A model generated the notes under the pieces. That model was given only the letters and a program-made list of their open reading frames with translations. It searched no databases and was not told the DNA's origin. Positions 28,887 to 39,161 of a stretch of DNA of 64,000 nt are shown in pieces. The DNA comes from Promethearchaeia archaeon (GTDB lineage Archaea; Asgardarchaeota; Lokiarchaeia; Sigyniarchaeales; SOKP01): NCBI GenBank assembly GCA_029856145.1, contig JAHQWK010000024.1:43131-107130 (forward strand), written 5' to 3'. The position numbers and the translations under genes are program-made. Numbering within the stretch: position 1 is the stretch's first letter; each line of letters opens with the position of its first letter.

Positions 28887-29651
28887 CTAATAACGAAGTG
28901 TTTGGATGGTTTTAAAAGCACTATCAATATGCTGATTTGCATTTTCTAATACAATCCCCATATGACCTGGGAGCAAAATTGATACATCAAGTTCTGTAGC
29001 ATGCTTAATTGATTTTTTCAAGGCATCTAATGATCCTCCTGGAAAATCATAACGACCAAAACTCCCTATTTTTAGAAATTTATCCATTTGAAAAACTAAA
29101 TCTCCTGGAATTAATATTTTTTTTGTATTTTCATAATAACATATTGATCCTAAAGAATGTCCTGGCGTATAATGGATTTGGAATTTAAATTCAGAAGATA
29201 TTTCAATCTCTTTTATATTTTCTAAATTTGTGACTTTCAATGGAATGATTTCCACGCCAAACATGCTGGGTTTAATTCCTAAATTACCAGGAAATATTCG
29301 AGATACATCTCCTTCTCTTAAAATTTTAGCGGTTTCACCATAAGCATAAATTTGAGGAGGGGAATCTACCATCAATTTCATTAATGGATAAAGCCCTAGT
29401 GTATGATCTACATGCTCGTGAGTCAAAAACACTTTAGTAATATTAGAAGGATCAAGATTATATTTTGCCATACCCTTAAATAAACCTTTGAGAGAAATGC
29501 CATTACCTGTATCAAATAAAGCTAATTCTTTAGTATCTAAATCTTCTATGATATATTGATTGCAATCTAACATTTGATCTTCTGAAAAATGGTAAAGATT
29601 TTTTATAACTTCTTTACCCTTTTTTTCAGATTCTCCATTAGAAAAAAACAT
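28887..29651 (-). CDS. Metallo-beta-lactamase fold hydrolase
   Basis: THEHVDH, TPGHS, GD and LPGH motifs. Confidence 0.92.
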   Translation of the reverse strand: MFFSNGESEKKGKEVIKNLYHFSEDQMLDCNQYIIEDLDTKELALFDTGNGISLKGLFKGMAKYNLDPSNITKVFLTHEHVDHTLGLYPLMKLMVDSPPQIYAYGETAKILREGDVSRIFPGNLGIKPSMFGVEIIPLKVTNLENIKEIEISSEFKFQIHYTPGHSLGSICYYENTKKILIPGDLVFQMDKFLKIGSFGRYDFPGGSLDALKKSIKHATELDVSILLPGHMGIVLENANQHIDSAFKTIQTLRY

Positions 29652-29764
29652 GATGTATATGCCAGTTCCGTATTTTTAACAAGATAAAATGAGCTTAACT
29701 TTTATGTTTTTCTTTTCTAATATATAACAAATTATTAAATGAACAAAAAATAAATAATAATAGT

Positions 29765-30145
29765 ATGGAAAATCAACCCAATATTGAAGATTTAAAATCT
29801 AAAGTAGGTTTTGGTATAAAATTTTGGTTAGAATTTGATAATAAAAGTATATTGGGTTCTGGATGGGCTGAGTTGTTAGATAAAATTGAAAAAAATGAAG
29901 AAGGATCTTTAACTTTAGCCGCTAAAGAATGTGGATATTCTTATAAATATGCATGGAACATTTTAAAAAGAATAGAGAAAAGAACCGGCATGTCTGTTGT
30001 AGTAACTGGTAAAGGAGGTCGTGGTGGAGGTGGATGGGTAAAGTTAAATGATTGGGGACATTACCTCTTAAAAATCTATAAAGAGTATTTAAAAGAAATA
30101 ATAAAAATTGAAAAGAAATTAGGAGAATCAATAAGTAGTAGCTAA
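29765..30145 (+). CDS. ModE-type wHTH regulator (DNA-binding domain only)
   Basis: GSLTLAAKECGYSYKYAWNILKRIE...GGRGGG. Confidence 0.85.
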   Translation: MENQPNIEDLKSKVGFGIKFWLEFDNKSILGSGWAELLDKIEKNEEGSLTLAAKECGYSYKYAWNILKRIEKRTGMSVVVTGKGGRGGGGWVKLNDWGHYLLKIYKEYLKEIIKIEKKLGESISSS

Positions 30146-30237
30146 TAAATATATTTTAATTTCAATATTGATTATCTTCCATAAGGAAATTTCTGACTTT
30201 GTTTCTTGAATAATTTATTTAAATTTAGGGTTTTAAT

Positions 30238-30663
30238 ATGGAAGACTGCTTCAATCAATTAAGTAAAATAAAAGTATCTGAAATAATGATAAAAGATCCG
30301 CTATATTCCTTTCCAAATGAAAAAATCAGTGCTACTGAGCTATTGATGATAAGAAAAAATATTGATGGACTTCCTATTGTAAAAGATCGTAAGGATAAGC
30401 AATTAATTGGGATAATTACACAAAGAGATATACGTCTTGCTAGATTTGCAATGAGTTTAGACTCACCAAATACAACTGTTAAGGATTTAATGACACCAGA
30501 ACCTTTTGTTGTAAAAGAGAATGACACACTAATATATGTTCTAGAGATAATGTTTAATAAAAAAGTACAAAGATTACCTGTTGTAGATGAAAATAATTAC
30601 ATTATTGGATTAGTTATGCAAAAAGAGATCCTCAAAACTCTTCTTAAATATATGAAAAAGTAA
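30238..30663 (+). CDS. Stand-alone CBS-pair protein
   Basis: KVSEIM...GLPIV...IGIITQRDI and VKDLMT...RLPVVD motifs. Confidence 0.9.
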   Translation: MEDCFNQLSKIKVSEIMIKDPLYSFPNEKISATELLMIRKNIDGLPIVKDRKDKQLIGIITQRDIRLARFAMSLDSPNTTVKDLMTPEPFVVKENDTLIYVLEIMFNKKVQRLPVVDENNYIIGLVMQKEILKTLLKYMKK

Positions 30664-30762
30664 TTAAAAGAATTCTTATTTTTAAATTCTATAAAATAAT
30701 TATAAAAACTATTAATTTAGATTATTAATAAGAAAAATCAAAATAAAAAACATTGATAAAAA

Positions 30763-32283
30763 ATGGCACTGCCTTTACCTGGAACACCAATTATAATTGA
30801 TATCGGATCGGCATACGTAAAAATCGGATTTGCGGGAGAACCGGGGCCAAGATTTGTGTTCCCCTGCATTACTGGAACCGAGAAATATAAATCTGTCATG
30901 GTTGATGTAAGTGCTAGAAGCATATATGTTGGAAACGATGTATCCCGTATGCGTGGTGTCCTTAAAATCAAGCATCCCGTAAGTCGTGGCGAAATCATGG
31001 ACTGGGACAGTTACTATGAAATCCTGAATTACATTTTTTATTCACTACTTAGAATTGAAGATCTTACTCAATATCCTGTATTCTATTGTGAATCTACTTT
31101 CATGCATAGAGAAACTAAAGAGTATATTGCTCGACTTTTCTTTGAAACTCATCGGGTTAAAAGTTTGATAATGATGCCAACACCACTGTTATCTTTATTT
31201 AGTGTTGGCTTAACAACAGGCTTAGTAATCGAATCAGGAGATGGTTTGACTTGGATTGCCCCAATAATAAATGGAACAATAGTTCAACATGCGGTTCAGA
31301 AGCTTCCTCTTGCCGGAATTGATGTAAATCAAAACTTTAAAGGTCTTTTAATGAGGGAAGGTGTAAGTATCGCCTCTAGTGCAGCGGATGAAATCATACA
31401 AGAAATAAAAGAGAAAAATTGTTACTTTGTTTTAGACGCGAATAAGCCCTTAAAGGCAGGAGATATGTTTAGTGTTCCAATGCCAGATGGTTCGACTATT
31501 AATGTTCCAACTTATATTCTATATCAAGCTCCGGAAGTGTTATTCAATCCTGGAATGCTAGGATATAGTAATATTATGAATCTCCCTCAAGCAATAATTG
31601 CTAGTTTAAGAAATATTGATAGTCTTTATTGGTATGATCTTTTATCTCATATAGTTTTTTCAGGAGGGAATCTTTCATATTCCGGCTTTCAAGAACGTTT
31701 CGAGGCGGAGTTAGATTTGGTTATTCCTCAATTAGGTTCTATTCCAAAACCTGTTACACCCCTTTCTGCTGTTAAAAGCGAATTAATCAAGCTACAAGCA
31801 GTTGAAATTTCAAAAAAGAAAGAGGATACATGCCCTAACTGTGGGGCTTTTGTGGATCTTAGCGATGGAAAAAATTTATGTTCCTCGTGTGGTGGAGTAT
31901 TAATCTTACCAGAAATCAAGATTGGTGAAAAAGATGAAATTAAACAAAAAACCCAAGAGGGAAAATGCCCACATTGTGGGAAAGATGTTTCTGATTTAGA
32001 TTCACTCTTTTGTCCTTATTGTGGAAAGCCGATAGAAACTTTAGAAGCAGGTAATGTCTCGAAAGAATTAATAGAAAAAACACCTGCACAAGAATTCTCT
32101 GAATCTATTAAATCAGCAAGTAAAATACTCAAATTTTTTGTACCTAATAATCTTCAATATGCTATTTTTAATGGAGCTGCAATTCTCGGAAGCTTGGAAT
32201 CCTTTAGAAAATTATTTATTACATACGATCAGTTTCAAGTTAATAAGGAATTATTATATAGAGATATCAGTGAAATTCTTTAA
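30763..32283 (+). CDS. Asgard actin-related protein with zinc-ribbon insertion
   Basis: IIDIGSAYVKIGFAGE (phosphate 1), ESGDGLT (phosphate 2), SGGN (adenosine), PEVLFNP; four CxxC pairs at 31831-32022. Confidence 0.93.
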   Translation: MALPLPGTPIIIDIGSAYVKIGFAGEPGPRFVFPCITGTEKYKSVMVDVSARSIYVGNDVSRMRGVLKIKHPVSRGEIMDWDSYYEILNYIFYSLLRIEDLTQYPVFYCESTFMHRETKEYIARLFFETHRVKSLIMMPTPLLSLFSVGLTTGLVIESGDGLTWIAPIINGTIVQHAVQKLPLAGIDVNQNFKGLLMREGVSIASSAADEIIQEIKEKNCYFVLDANKPLKAGDMFSVPMPDGSTINVPTYILYQAPEVLFNPGMLGYSNIMNLPQAIIASLRNIDSLYWYDLLSHIVFSGGNLSYSGFQERFEAELDLVIPQLGSIPKPVTPLSAVKSELIKLQAVEISKKKEDTCPNCGAFVDLSDGKNLCSSCGGVLILPEIKIGEKDEIKQKTQEGKCPHCGKDVSDLDSLFCPYCGKPIETLEAGNVSKELIEKTPAQEFSESIKSASKILKFFVPNNLQYAIFNGAAILGSLESFRKLFITYDQFQVNKELLYRDISEIL

Positions 32284-32436
32284 GTAGTAAGGATATTTCT
32301 CTTTTAATTTATAATTCTTTTTAAATCATATGAAATTGAAATATCACTTTTAGTTCATTAATCATATAGTTAATTTTTAATTTCAAGATATATTTAACAA
32401 AGTAAATTTTAATTTATCAGAATTAGGTACTTTTAA

Positions 32437-33537
32437 TTGAAGCATAAATATCGGAATTTTATCATTATTATTTTTGTATTATTTTTAACATTAAATGCAA
32501 TTCCGAGTGTGTTAGGAAAAACACGGCAGTCATATTTAAAGGATTTTATATTAGATACTGAAATTGTAGGAAAAGGGTTTTCCAATGTTATTAGTGATGA
32601 AGACAATGTGAATTTTGAAGCAACAGCTTATGCTTTGAATCTTTTGAATGATTGGGGAAGAGATCCACAAGAGATTGAAGATCTTAAAAGTAAATTGGAA
32701 GATAATATTGTAGCAATGTTTGATAGTACTCATGTAAATATATATAACTTATACTATCTATTGAATTCACTGAACATATTAGAACATACTATTGATTCAA
32801 GTTTATCAAATAGAATTTATGAATATCTAAATGAGACTGAGCAGATAAATGGTGGATTTTCTTTTTCAAACACAACTCATTTGCCAAGCTTAACTTATAC
32901 ATTTTATGTTATTCAACTTTACTCATTGATAGGGCAACCGATTGCAAATATATCAATTCATAAAGATTGGGTTCTTTCTTGTAATAATACTGATGGCGGG
33001 TATGGAGGTAATCAAACATTATCATCTACATATATTGATACATGTTTTGCAGCATTTATCCTGGATGATGAAAGATTTGGAGATATTAATGATTTAGTCG
33101 ATATTAACAACACATTAACTTACCTCAAATCTTTTTATGTTAATAATTCTGCAGATCTTAACAACTATGGAGGATATCTTCCTGATGAATTAGCTGGATA
33201 TGCTTTATTAAGTAGTACATATTATTGTGTAAAAGCAATTTCTTTAATCAGTGGTAGTGAATTCAATAATCAAGAAACAAGCTCATGGGTACTAGCACGC
33301 CAAAACTTCGAGGATGGTGGATTTGTAGAGAATGCTGAAGGAATCCAACAAAAAATCTCTTCAGTCATATCTTGCTATTATGCATACAAAACTTTGGAAA
33401 TATTAGGCTCTTTATCTAGTTTATCTCTTGATGTTTGGATGGTTGAGTTTAATTATCTGATTTTAGGTATTGTATTAGGTTCGATTGGATTAATTATCGC
33501 TATAGTTGTTTTTCTTTGGAGAAGGAGAAGAATATAA
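32437..33537 (+). CDS. Membrane-anchored exported prenyltransferase/squalene-oxidase-repeat (alpha/alpha barrel) protein
   Basis: N-terminal signal-like helix; repeats NGGFS, DGGYG, YGGY and DGGF; C-terminal TM followed by RRRR. Confidence 0.8.
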   Translation: MKHKYRNFIIIIFVLFLTLNAIPSVLGKTRQSYLKDFILDTEIVGKGFSNVISDEDNVNFEATAYALNLLNDWGRDPQEIEDLKSKLEDNIVAMFDSTHVNIYNLYYLLNSLNILEHTIDSSLSNRIYEYLNETEQINGGFSFSNTTHLPSLTYTFYVIQLYSLIGQPIANISIHKDWVLSCNNTDGGYGGNQTLSSTYIDTCFAAFILDDERFGDINDLVDINNTLTYLKSFYVNNSADLNNYGGYLPDELAGYALLSSTYYCVKAISLISGSEFNNQETSSWVLARQNFEDGGFVENAEGIQQKISSVISCYYAYKTLEILGSLSSLSLDVWMVEFNYLILGIVLGSIGLIIAIVVFLWRRRRI

Positions 33538-33625
33538 GGATTTAATTATTGTAAAAAAAACACAATATTTCGATATTAATATTATTACTTTTTTTAATTT
33601 CAAATTTTATTATAATCAAGATATC

Positions 33626-34489
33626 ATGAGTAATAAAATATTAGATGGAAAAAAATTAGCAGAAAAATTAAATTCAGAATTGAAAAAGCAAGTTAAAATA
33701 GCAGCAGAGAAAACGGGAATTAGACCAAAATTGGCTACGATACTTGTAGGGAAGGATCCCGCTTCTAAAGTCTATGTGAATATTAAACATAGAACTTGCC
33801 AAAGTGTAGGTATCGATTCCATTATTATAGAGTTAGAGGAGAATATTTCAAAGGAGGAACTTTTAGAGAAAATTGATAAAATTAATAAAGATGCTAGTAT
33901 TCATGGAATTTTAGTGCAAATACCCCTTCCAGAACATTTAAGAGATTATACACCTGAGTTTTTAGAGAAAATCTCACCATTAAAAGATGCAGATGGTTTA
34001 AATTCTGTTACAAGAGGAAAACTTTTTGATTATAATGAAGATCAAGGGCCTTGTACTCCAAAAGGCATTATTTCACTATTAGAACATAATAATATAGATT
34101 TAAAAGGGAAAGATGTAGTAATTATTAATCGTTCAAATTTGGTTGGCAAACCTTTGATTTTTATGTTGTTAAAAAGAAATGCCACTGTTACTATATGTCA
34201 TACTTCAACAAAGGATATTGATAGTTATCTCCAAAAAGCAGATATAGTTATAGTTGCAGTCAGAAAACCAAAATTCATAACTAAAGAAAGAATTAAAGAG
34301 GGAGCAATTCTTATTGATGTGGGTATAAATAGAATTGAAGGTAAATTATGTGGTGATGTTGATTTCGAAGGAGTCTTAGATAAGTGTGGAAAAATAACAC
34401 CCGTTCCTGGAGGAATAGGCCCAATGACGGTAGCAATGCTTTGTGAGAATACGTTTTTCCTCTATAAAAAACAGATGGAACTTCCTTAA
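33626..34489 (+). CDS. folD: Methylenetetrahydrofolate dehydrogenase/cyclohydrolase
   Basis: ILDGK, PASKVYV, HGILVQIPLP, PCTP, RSNLVGKP and TPVPGGIGPMT motifs; start at ATG 33626. Confidence 0.96.
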   Translation: MSNKILDGKKLAEKLNSELKKQVKIAAEKTGIRPKLATILVGKDPASKVYVNIKHRTCQSVGIDSIIIELEENISKEELLEKIDKINKDASIHGILVQIPLPEHLRDYTPEFLEKISPLKDADGLNSVTRGKLFDYNEDQGPCTPKGIISLLEHNNIDLKGKDVVIINRSNLVGKPLIFMLLKRNATVTICHTSTKDIDSYLQKADIVIVAVRKPKFITKERIKEGAILIDVGINRIEGKLCGDVDFEGVLDKCGKITPVPGGIGPMTVAMLCENTFFLYKKQMELP

Positions 34490-34699
34490 TATTTCTAAAA
34501 ATTAATCTTTTAAATTAGAATTCAACTTATAATTTAGGAATTGATAATCCAAAAAAAAAATTTCAATGATATGCTTTATCCTTTTAAAAAACAATTAAAA
34601 TTATATTAAATAAAGTTTTAAAAAAAAAATAGAAATAAAAAATTTAATTATTTTATAAAAAATAACAATTTAGATAGTATATAGATATCCTTTTTTAAA

Positions 34700-35155
34700 A
34701 TGGCGATTCTTGAAGTAGGAATAAACATAGGTATGCGAAACTTAGTTGAGATTAAATATTATTCTTCCTCAGATGATGTCTTAGATCCAAACTTACGTGC
34801 GGGTTTTTTAACGGCACTTGAAAGTTTTACCAGCGAGGTATTCGGCGATAATATAAATGTAATCTCTCTTGCTTCCTTTAAGTTAGTATGCTTCTGTGAG
34901 ATGATTACATTACCAAGTGATGATGAAACTAATAAACAGCCTTTATTATCATATGCTATAATAGAAAAAGCAACAGATGTTACAGTCGTCAAACGCCAGT
35001 TAAATCAAATCATTACTTATTTCTTGAACCGCTATCCCCTTAACGATATATTTTCAAAAAAACCTAAATACTTCAAACAATTTGAAATTCGAATTAATGA
35101 AGTGTTAGGGGATTTAAAATTGAAAACAGAGGATAGATTTCGTTCTTTATTTTAA
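34700..35155 (+). CDS. Longin/roadblock-like domain protein
   Basis: DPNLRAGFLTALESFTSEVFGDNINVI motif, shared with the 15107 and 59590 proteins. Confidence 0.7.
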   Translation: MAILEVGINIGMRNLVEIKYYSSSDDVLDPNLRAGFLTALESFTSEVFGDNINVISLASFKLVCFCEMITLPSDDETNKQPLLSYAIIEKATDVTVVKRQLNQIITYFLNRYPLNDIFSKKPKYFKQFEIRINEVLGDLKLKTEDRFRSLF

Positions 35156-35177
35156 ATTAATACTTAAGTGTTTTGTT

Positions 35178-36371
35178 TTGAGCTCAAATTTACCGACTGC
35201 TGCAAAAGCAAAATATCAAGAATATCTTGATGCGGGTTCTACAGAAGAAAAGATAAAAAAGTTAGAAGAATTTTTATCTTTGGTTCCTAAACATAAAGCT
35301 ACAGAAAAAATTGTTGCCCTTAATAAATCTCGTTTAGCAAAGATGAAACGTGAAGTAGAGGAGCGGAGACAAAAGCAGAAAATCACCCAAAAGATTGTCA
35401 GCCCTTTTTCAATAAAAAAGGAAGGACTCCAAATAATATTAATTAGCAATTATTATACACCTGGAGTGGGAAAAACAACTCTTTTAAATTATTTAACAGG
35501 AGCAGCAAATGAAAAAATTGGTAGATTCACCCCCATTCCAGAAATTGGAATATATAAGTATCAAAATATTAGATTTCAAATTGTGGATATGCCCTCCATT
35601 ATGGAAGGTGCTTCTGATGGAGTTGGTAATGGAAAAGAAATTCTTTCGCAACTCAGAGCAGCAGATCTATTATGTTTTTGTATCGACTTATCTCGAAATA
35701 TTAAAGATCAGATGGATTTATTGTTAAAAGAATTAACTAGAGCCGACATTCGAATAAACCTACCCCCTCCACCTCTCACTATTGAGAAAACTGGGGCGAA
35801 TAAAATTCAAGTCCTATATATGACTAAAGAAGCAAAAGGAATTGAGGAATTGGAAAAATTAACAGAAGAAATAAAAGAAATTGTGAATGAAAATGGAATA
35901 CGTAATGGAATTGTAAAAATTTACGGGAAAATAACAATTGATAATATTATTGACGTTCTTACTCCCTCTGTTGTATATAAAAAAGTAATAATATTGGGGA
36001 CTAAAGGGGATCTTCCTCATACTCAAGAAACTTTTGAAATGTTAAAAACGAGATATTCTGATAGATTTCCGATAATACTAGGAACAAGTTTCCAGAAAGA
36101 GAATTTTCCAAAAGATTTTGGTGAAATAATCTTAAAATTTCTAAAGAAAATTAGGATATTTACTATGAGTCGTGGAATAGTAGCCGATCAACCTCTCCTT
36201 ATGGAAGAAGGAGTAACTGTAAAGGGGGTCGCTGAGAAGATTCATAGAAGCTTTTATGAGAGCTTTGACCATGCTATTGTTATGCGTGAAGGAGTGCGCC
36301 AGAAGCGGAAAAAAGTTGGTCTAGATTATATTTTAAAGGATTATGATATAGTAGAAATACATATAACTTAA
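35178..36371 (+). CDS. Archaeal DRG/OBG-family GTPase with TGS domain (divergent motifs)
   Basis: N-terminal LEEFLSLVPKHKATEK; PGVGKTT; TKGD; TGS domain TVKGVAEKIH...VGLDYILKDYDIVEI. Confidence 0.88.
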   Translation: MSSNLPTAAKAKYQEYLDAGSTEEKIKKLEEFLSLVPKHKATEKIVALNKSRLAKMKREVEERRQKQKITQKIVSPFSIKKEGLQIILISNYYTPGVGKTTLLNYLTGAANEKIGRFTPIPEIGIYKYQNIRFQIVDMPSIMEGASDGVGNGKEILSQLRAADLLCFCIDLSRNIKDQMDLLLKELTRADIRINLPPPPLTIEKTGANKIQVLYMTKEAKGIEELEKLTEEIKEIVNENGIRNGIVKIYGKITIDNIIDVLTPSVVYKKVIILGTKGDLPHTQETFEMLKTRYSDRFPIILGTSFQKENFPKDFGEIILKFLKKIRIFTMSRGIVADQPLLMEEGVTVKGVAEKIHRSFYESFDHAIVMREGVRQKRKKVGLDYILKDYDIVEIHIT

Positions 36372-39034
36372 TATTTGATATTTTCTATTAAGTTAGGTAT
36401 TTCTTTGATTTCTTTCTTGAAAACATTATCTAAATTGGATATACCTTCTACAATATTTTTAATGCTCTCCAGACTGTAGATTAAATTCTCTAAATAATCA
36501 ATAAGATCTCCTTTAAAAACCATGATTTTAAATTCTTCCATCAAGTAACTGGAAATCTCTTCAATTGTCATATTATGTTTGATTCTCAAGTCAAGGATTA
36601 GTTTTTCTAAATTTAAACGACCGCAATCACAATATGGATTATCTTTACAACTGCAATTAAATATTTCGTTAGTTAATTTCATTATAAAATCAATAAAATC
36701 ACGGGAAAATGATTTTCTCTTTCGGACATACTCTGCATTCATTAAGGATAATACACTAGCACTAAATAAATTATTCGAAAAATATCTCATATTGATATTC
36801 TTTGATAAATCTGCAACTATATTTTTTGATAGGTATATGTTTCTAAGAAATTCTAAGTCTAAAGCAATATCTAAAGGTGTTTCTAATTTATTCTGTAATT
36901 TTTTTATAATTTCAAGACTTTCATCAACACTTAAAAATGAATTTGCAATTGCTCTTCCTAAACGGGTTGCTTTAATTGTCAAATCTTCTTTTATTCGTAT
37001 TAAATTAAAAGATATTAACTTCTTCAAAACTTCTTCCATATCGAAATGATTATTTATTAAACGGTTATAAAAGTTATACACAATTTCTTTTGTAATCCAC
37101 TTATTAAACATAGAATTAAATGCAAGAATTTCTGTTTGAGATTTATCTTTATCAGGAACAAGCTCAAAATCTTTAATCTTTCCATTCAATAGTTTTATTG
37201 CTATATTTTCTTCAGTAATTTTCATTTTAGGAGAATATATCTTTCCAGGTTCAACAAGTATATATGCTAAACCCTTTTCATGTTTTTTTAATCTTCCACT
37301 TCGTCCTAGCATCTGTTCAAATTCTGCAACAGATAACCAATTTATGCCCATTGCTAAAGATTCAAAAATTACTTGGCGAGCTGGAAGATCTACACCTGCT
37401 GCTAATGCTGCAGTTGCTATAACCCCAATAATCTTCTGAGTCTGGAATTTTTCTTCAATTTCTCTTCTTTCTTCATTGGTTAAACCTGAATGGTAAGCTA
37501 AAACATTTATCCCTTTGTTCTGTAAATAAGCTGATATCGATTCACACTTTTTTCTAGTATTTGTAAATACTATTGATTGCCCTTTAAATCCGTATATAGA
37601 TTTCATAGAAAAAGCAGCTCTTACTAACCTAGAAATATACTTATTTTTTTGAGTTTCGTTTAGACATAATAATAAATGACGCTCAACTGGAACAGGGCGA
37701 TTATTATACTTAATTAATTCACAATTTAATTTTTTAGCTAAAAACTCTGGTTCTCCTAAGGTTGCACTTAAATATAGGAACTGAGAATTGAATTGTGTTT
37801 TTAGTCTAGCTATTAAACCATCTAATATAAAACCTCGTTCTGGATCAATTAATGTTTGAATTTCATCAATTACAATTGTACCAATATTACCTAAGAGATC
37901 TTTATTCCCACTTCTTAAAATATAGTCAATTGCTTCATAAGTTGCAATAATAACATGGGCATTAGCTAAGTCTTTAATATTGGTATCCTCTTTTTTTCCA
38001 AATAGTGATTCTCCAACTCTTTTGATGACTTTTAGCTTAATTGTTTTATATTTTTCTTTAAATTCTTCTGTCCTTATATTGGCTAAAGCTACAATTGGTA
38101 CTAAATATAACATTTTTGCGGCTCTGTCTTTTAAAACTTTTGAGACTCCTGCTAATTCTCCTACTAAAGTTTTACCTCCACTCGTAGGAGCCATAATTAA
38201 TTGATTATTACGTTTTGATAATAAACCCTTTTCAATGGAAATTGCTTGGATTGGCAATAAATTAGTTAATCTTAACCCTTTCAATATCTCTTTAAACGCT
38301 GGAGGAATGTCTATACTATCTATTTCTTGATTAAGATATTTTTTGCTAATTGAAGATGATTTTTCAATATCATAAAGTGTTATCTCACGGGATCTTACAG
38401 GATCAAAATCTGCCTTAAATGACTCCAATACTTTTCTAATATCTCTAAATTTGAGTATTAAATGCATTAAAAAATTCTTTAATTTAGGGCTGATTTTCTC
38501 TTGAGAAATAAGCCCGGTAAGCTTAATTCTATTTAACATAATATCATAAGCACATTCAGAACAAATAATTTGATTCTTATAAGATTTAATTTGAAGATTC
38601 TCATTTAATAAAGTAAAGTTATGTTTTTCCATACAAGAATTGCATAAAGTTAAATTAATAATCCTATCCGTGTCATATTGATAATTGTTTAGCATTTCTT
38701 TAACAGGTGAAACATCTTGAGAAGGAGTTTGGCTTGAAAAAGCGACAAATTTGTTTTTATCTGATAAAATGAACTTTCTTAGTAATCGTGGATTAATTGG
38801 CTGTGAACTTCCTTCTTTCTCAATTTTATTAAAATTTAGAGGACGTATTCTATTTTTAAAATCTAGTCCAAAAATTACCGTGCCCCTAAAGAATGGTTCC
38901 TTTACGTAAGAAAATGTAAATCTCTTTTTCTTAAATGATTTTAGATAAAAGAAATTAACATTAAATTGCAATTCTTTCTTATGCTTACGATTTCTATCAA
39001 AAACTATAAAGAAACTTCTTAAGGGAACACTCAA
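36368..39034 (-). CDS. Archaeal superfamily II (Ski2-like, COG1202-type) DExH helicase
   Basis: LLPIQ, PTSGGKT, DEIQ, SAT, AGVDLPA and QMLGRSGR motifs; Cys clusters CSCKDNPYCDC. Confidence 0.92.
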   Translation of the reverse strand: MSVPLRSFFIVFDRNRKHKKELQFNVNFFYLKSFKKKRFTFSYVKEPFFRGTVIFGLDFKNRIRPLNFNKIEKEGSSQPINPRLLRKFILSDKNKFVAFSSQTPSQDVSPVKEMLNNYQYDTDRIINLTLCNSCMEKHNFTLLNENLQIKSYKNQIICSECAYDIMLNRIKLTGLISQEKISPKLKNFLMHLILKFRDIRKVLESFKADFDPVRSREITLYDIEKSSSISKKYLNQEIDSIDIPPAFKEILKGLRLTNLLPIQAISIEKGLLSKRNNQLIMAPTSGGKTLVGELAGVSKVLKDRAAKMLYLVPIVALANIRTEEFKEKYKTIKLKVIKRVGESLFGKKEDTNIKDLANAHVIIATYEAIDYILRSGNKDLLGNIGTIVIDEIQTLIDPERGFILDGLIARLKTQFNSQFLYLSATLGEPEFLAKKLNCELIKYNNRPVPVERHLLLCLNETQKNKYISRLVRAAFSMKSIYGFKGQSIVFTNTRKKCESISAYLQNKGINVLAYHSGLTNEERREIEEKFQTQKIIGVIATAALAAGVDLPARQVIFESLAMGINWLSVAEFEQMLGRSGRLKKHEKGLAYILVEPGKIYSPKMKITEENIAIKLLNGKIKDFELVPDKDKSQTEILAFNSMFNKWITKEIVYNFYNRLINNHFDMEEVLKKLISFNLIRIKEDLTIKATRLGRAIANSFLSVDESLEIIKKLQNKLETPLDIALDLEFLRNIYLSKNIVADLSKNINMRYFSNNLFSASVLSLMNAEYVRKRKSFSRDFIDFIMKLTNEIFNCSCKDNPYCDCGRLNLEKLILDLRIKHNMTIEEISSYLMEEFKIMVFKGDLIDYLENLIYSLESIKNIVEGISNLDNVFKKEIKEIPNLIENIKY

Positions 39035-39161
39035 CTATGAAACCATTTAAGCAATTAATTAATAATAAAATAAAATGAAAATTACCAAATCAAATTTTCT
39101 AGTTTTAAAATAACTGACTAAAATAACTTAAAAAATTAGATAATAAAAAAGAAATTAGAAA

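Noticed and set aside
30763-32283. Calling the actin homologue canonical Lokiactin, or eukaryotic contamination
   Set aside because: It has substitutions at Q137/H161 and a large insertion, and it sits in an intron-less archaeal gene context with matching composition.
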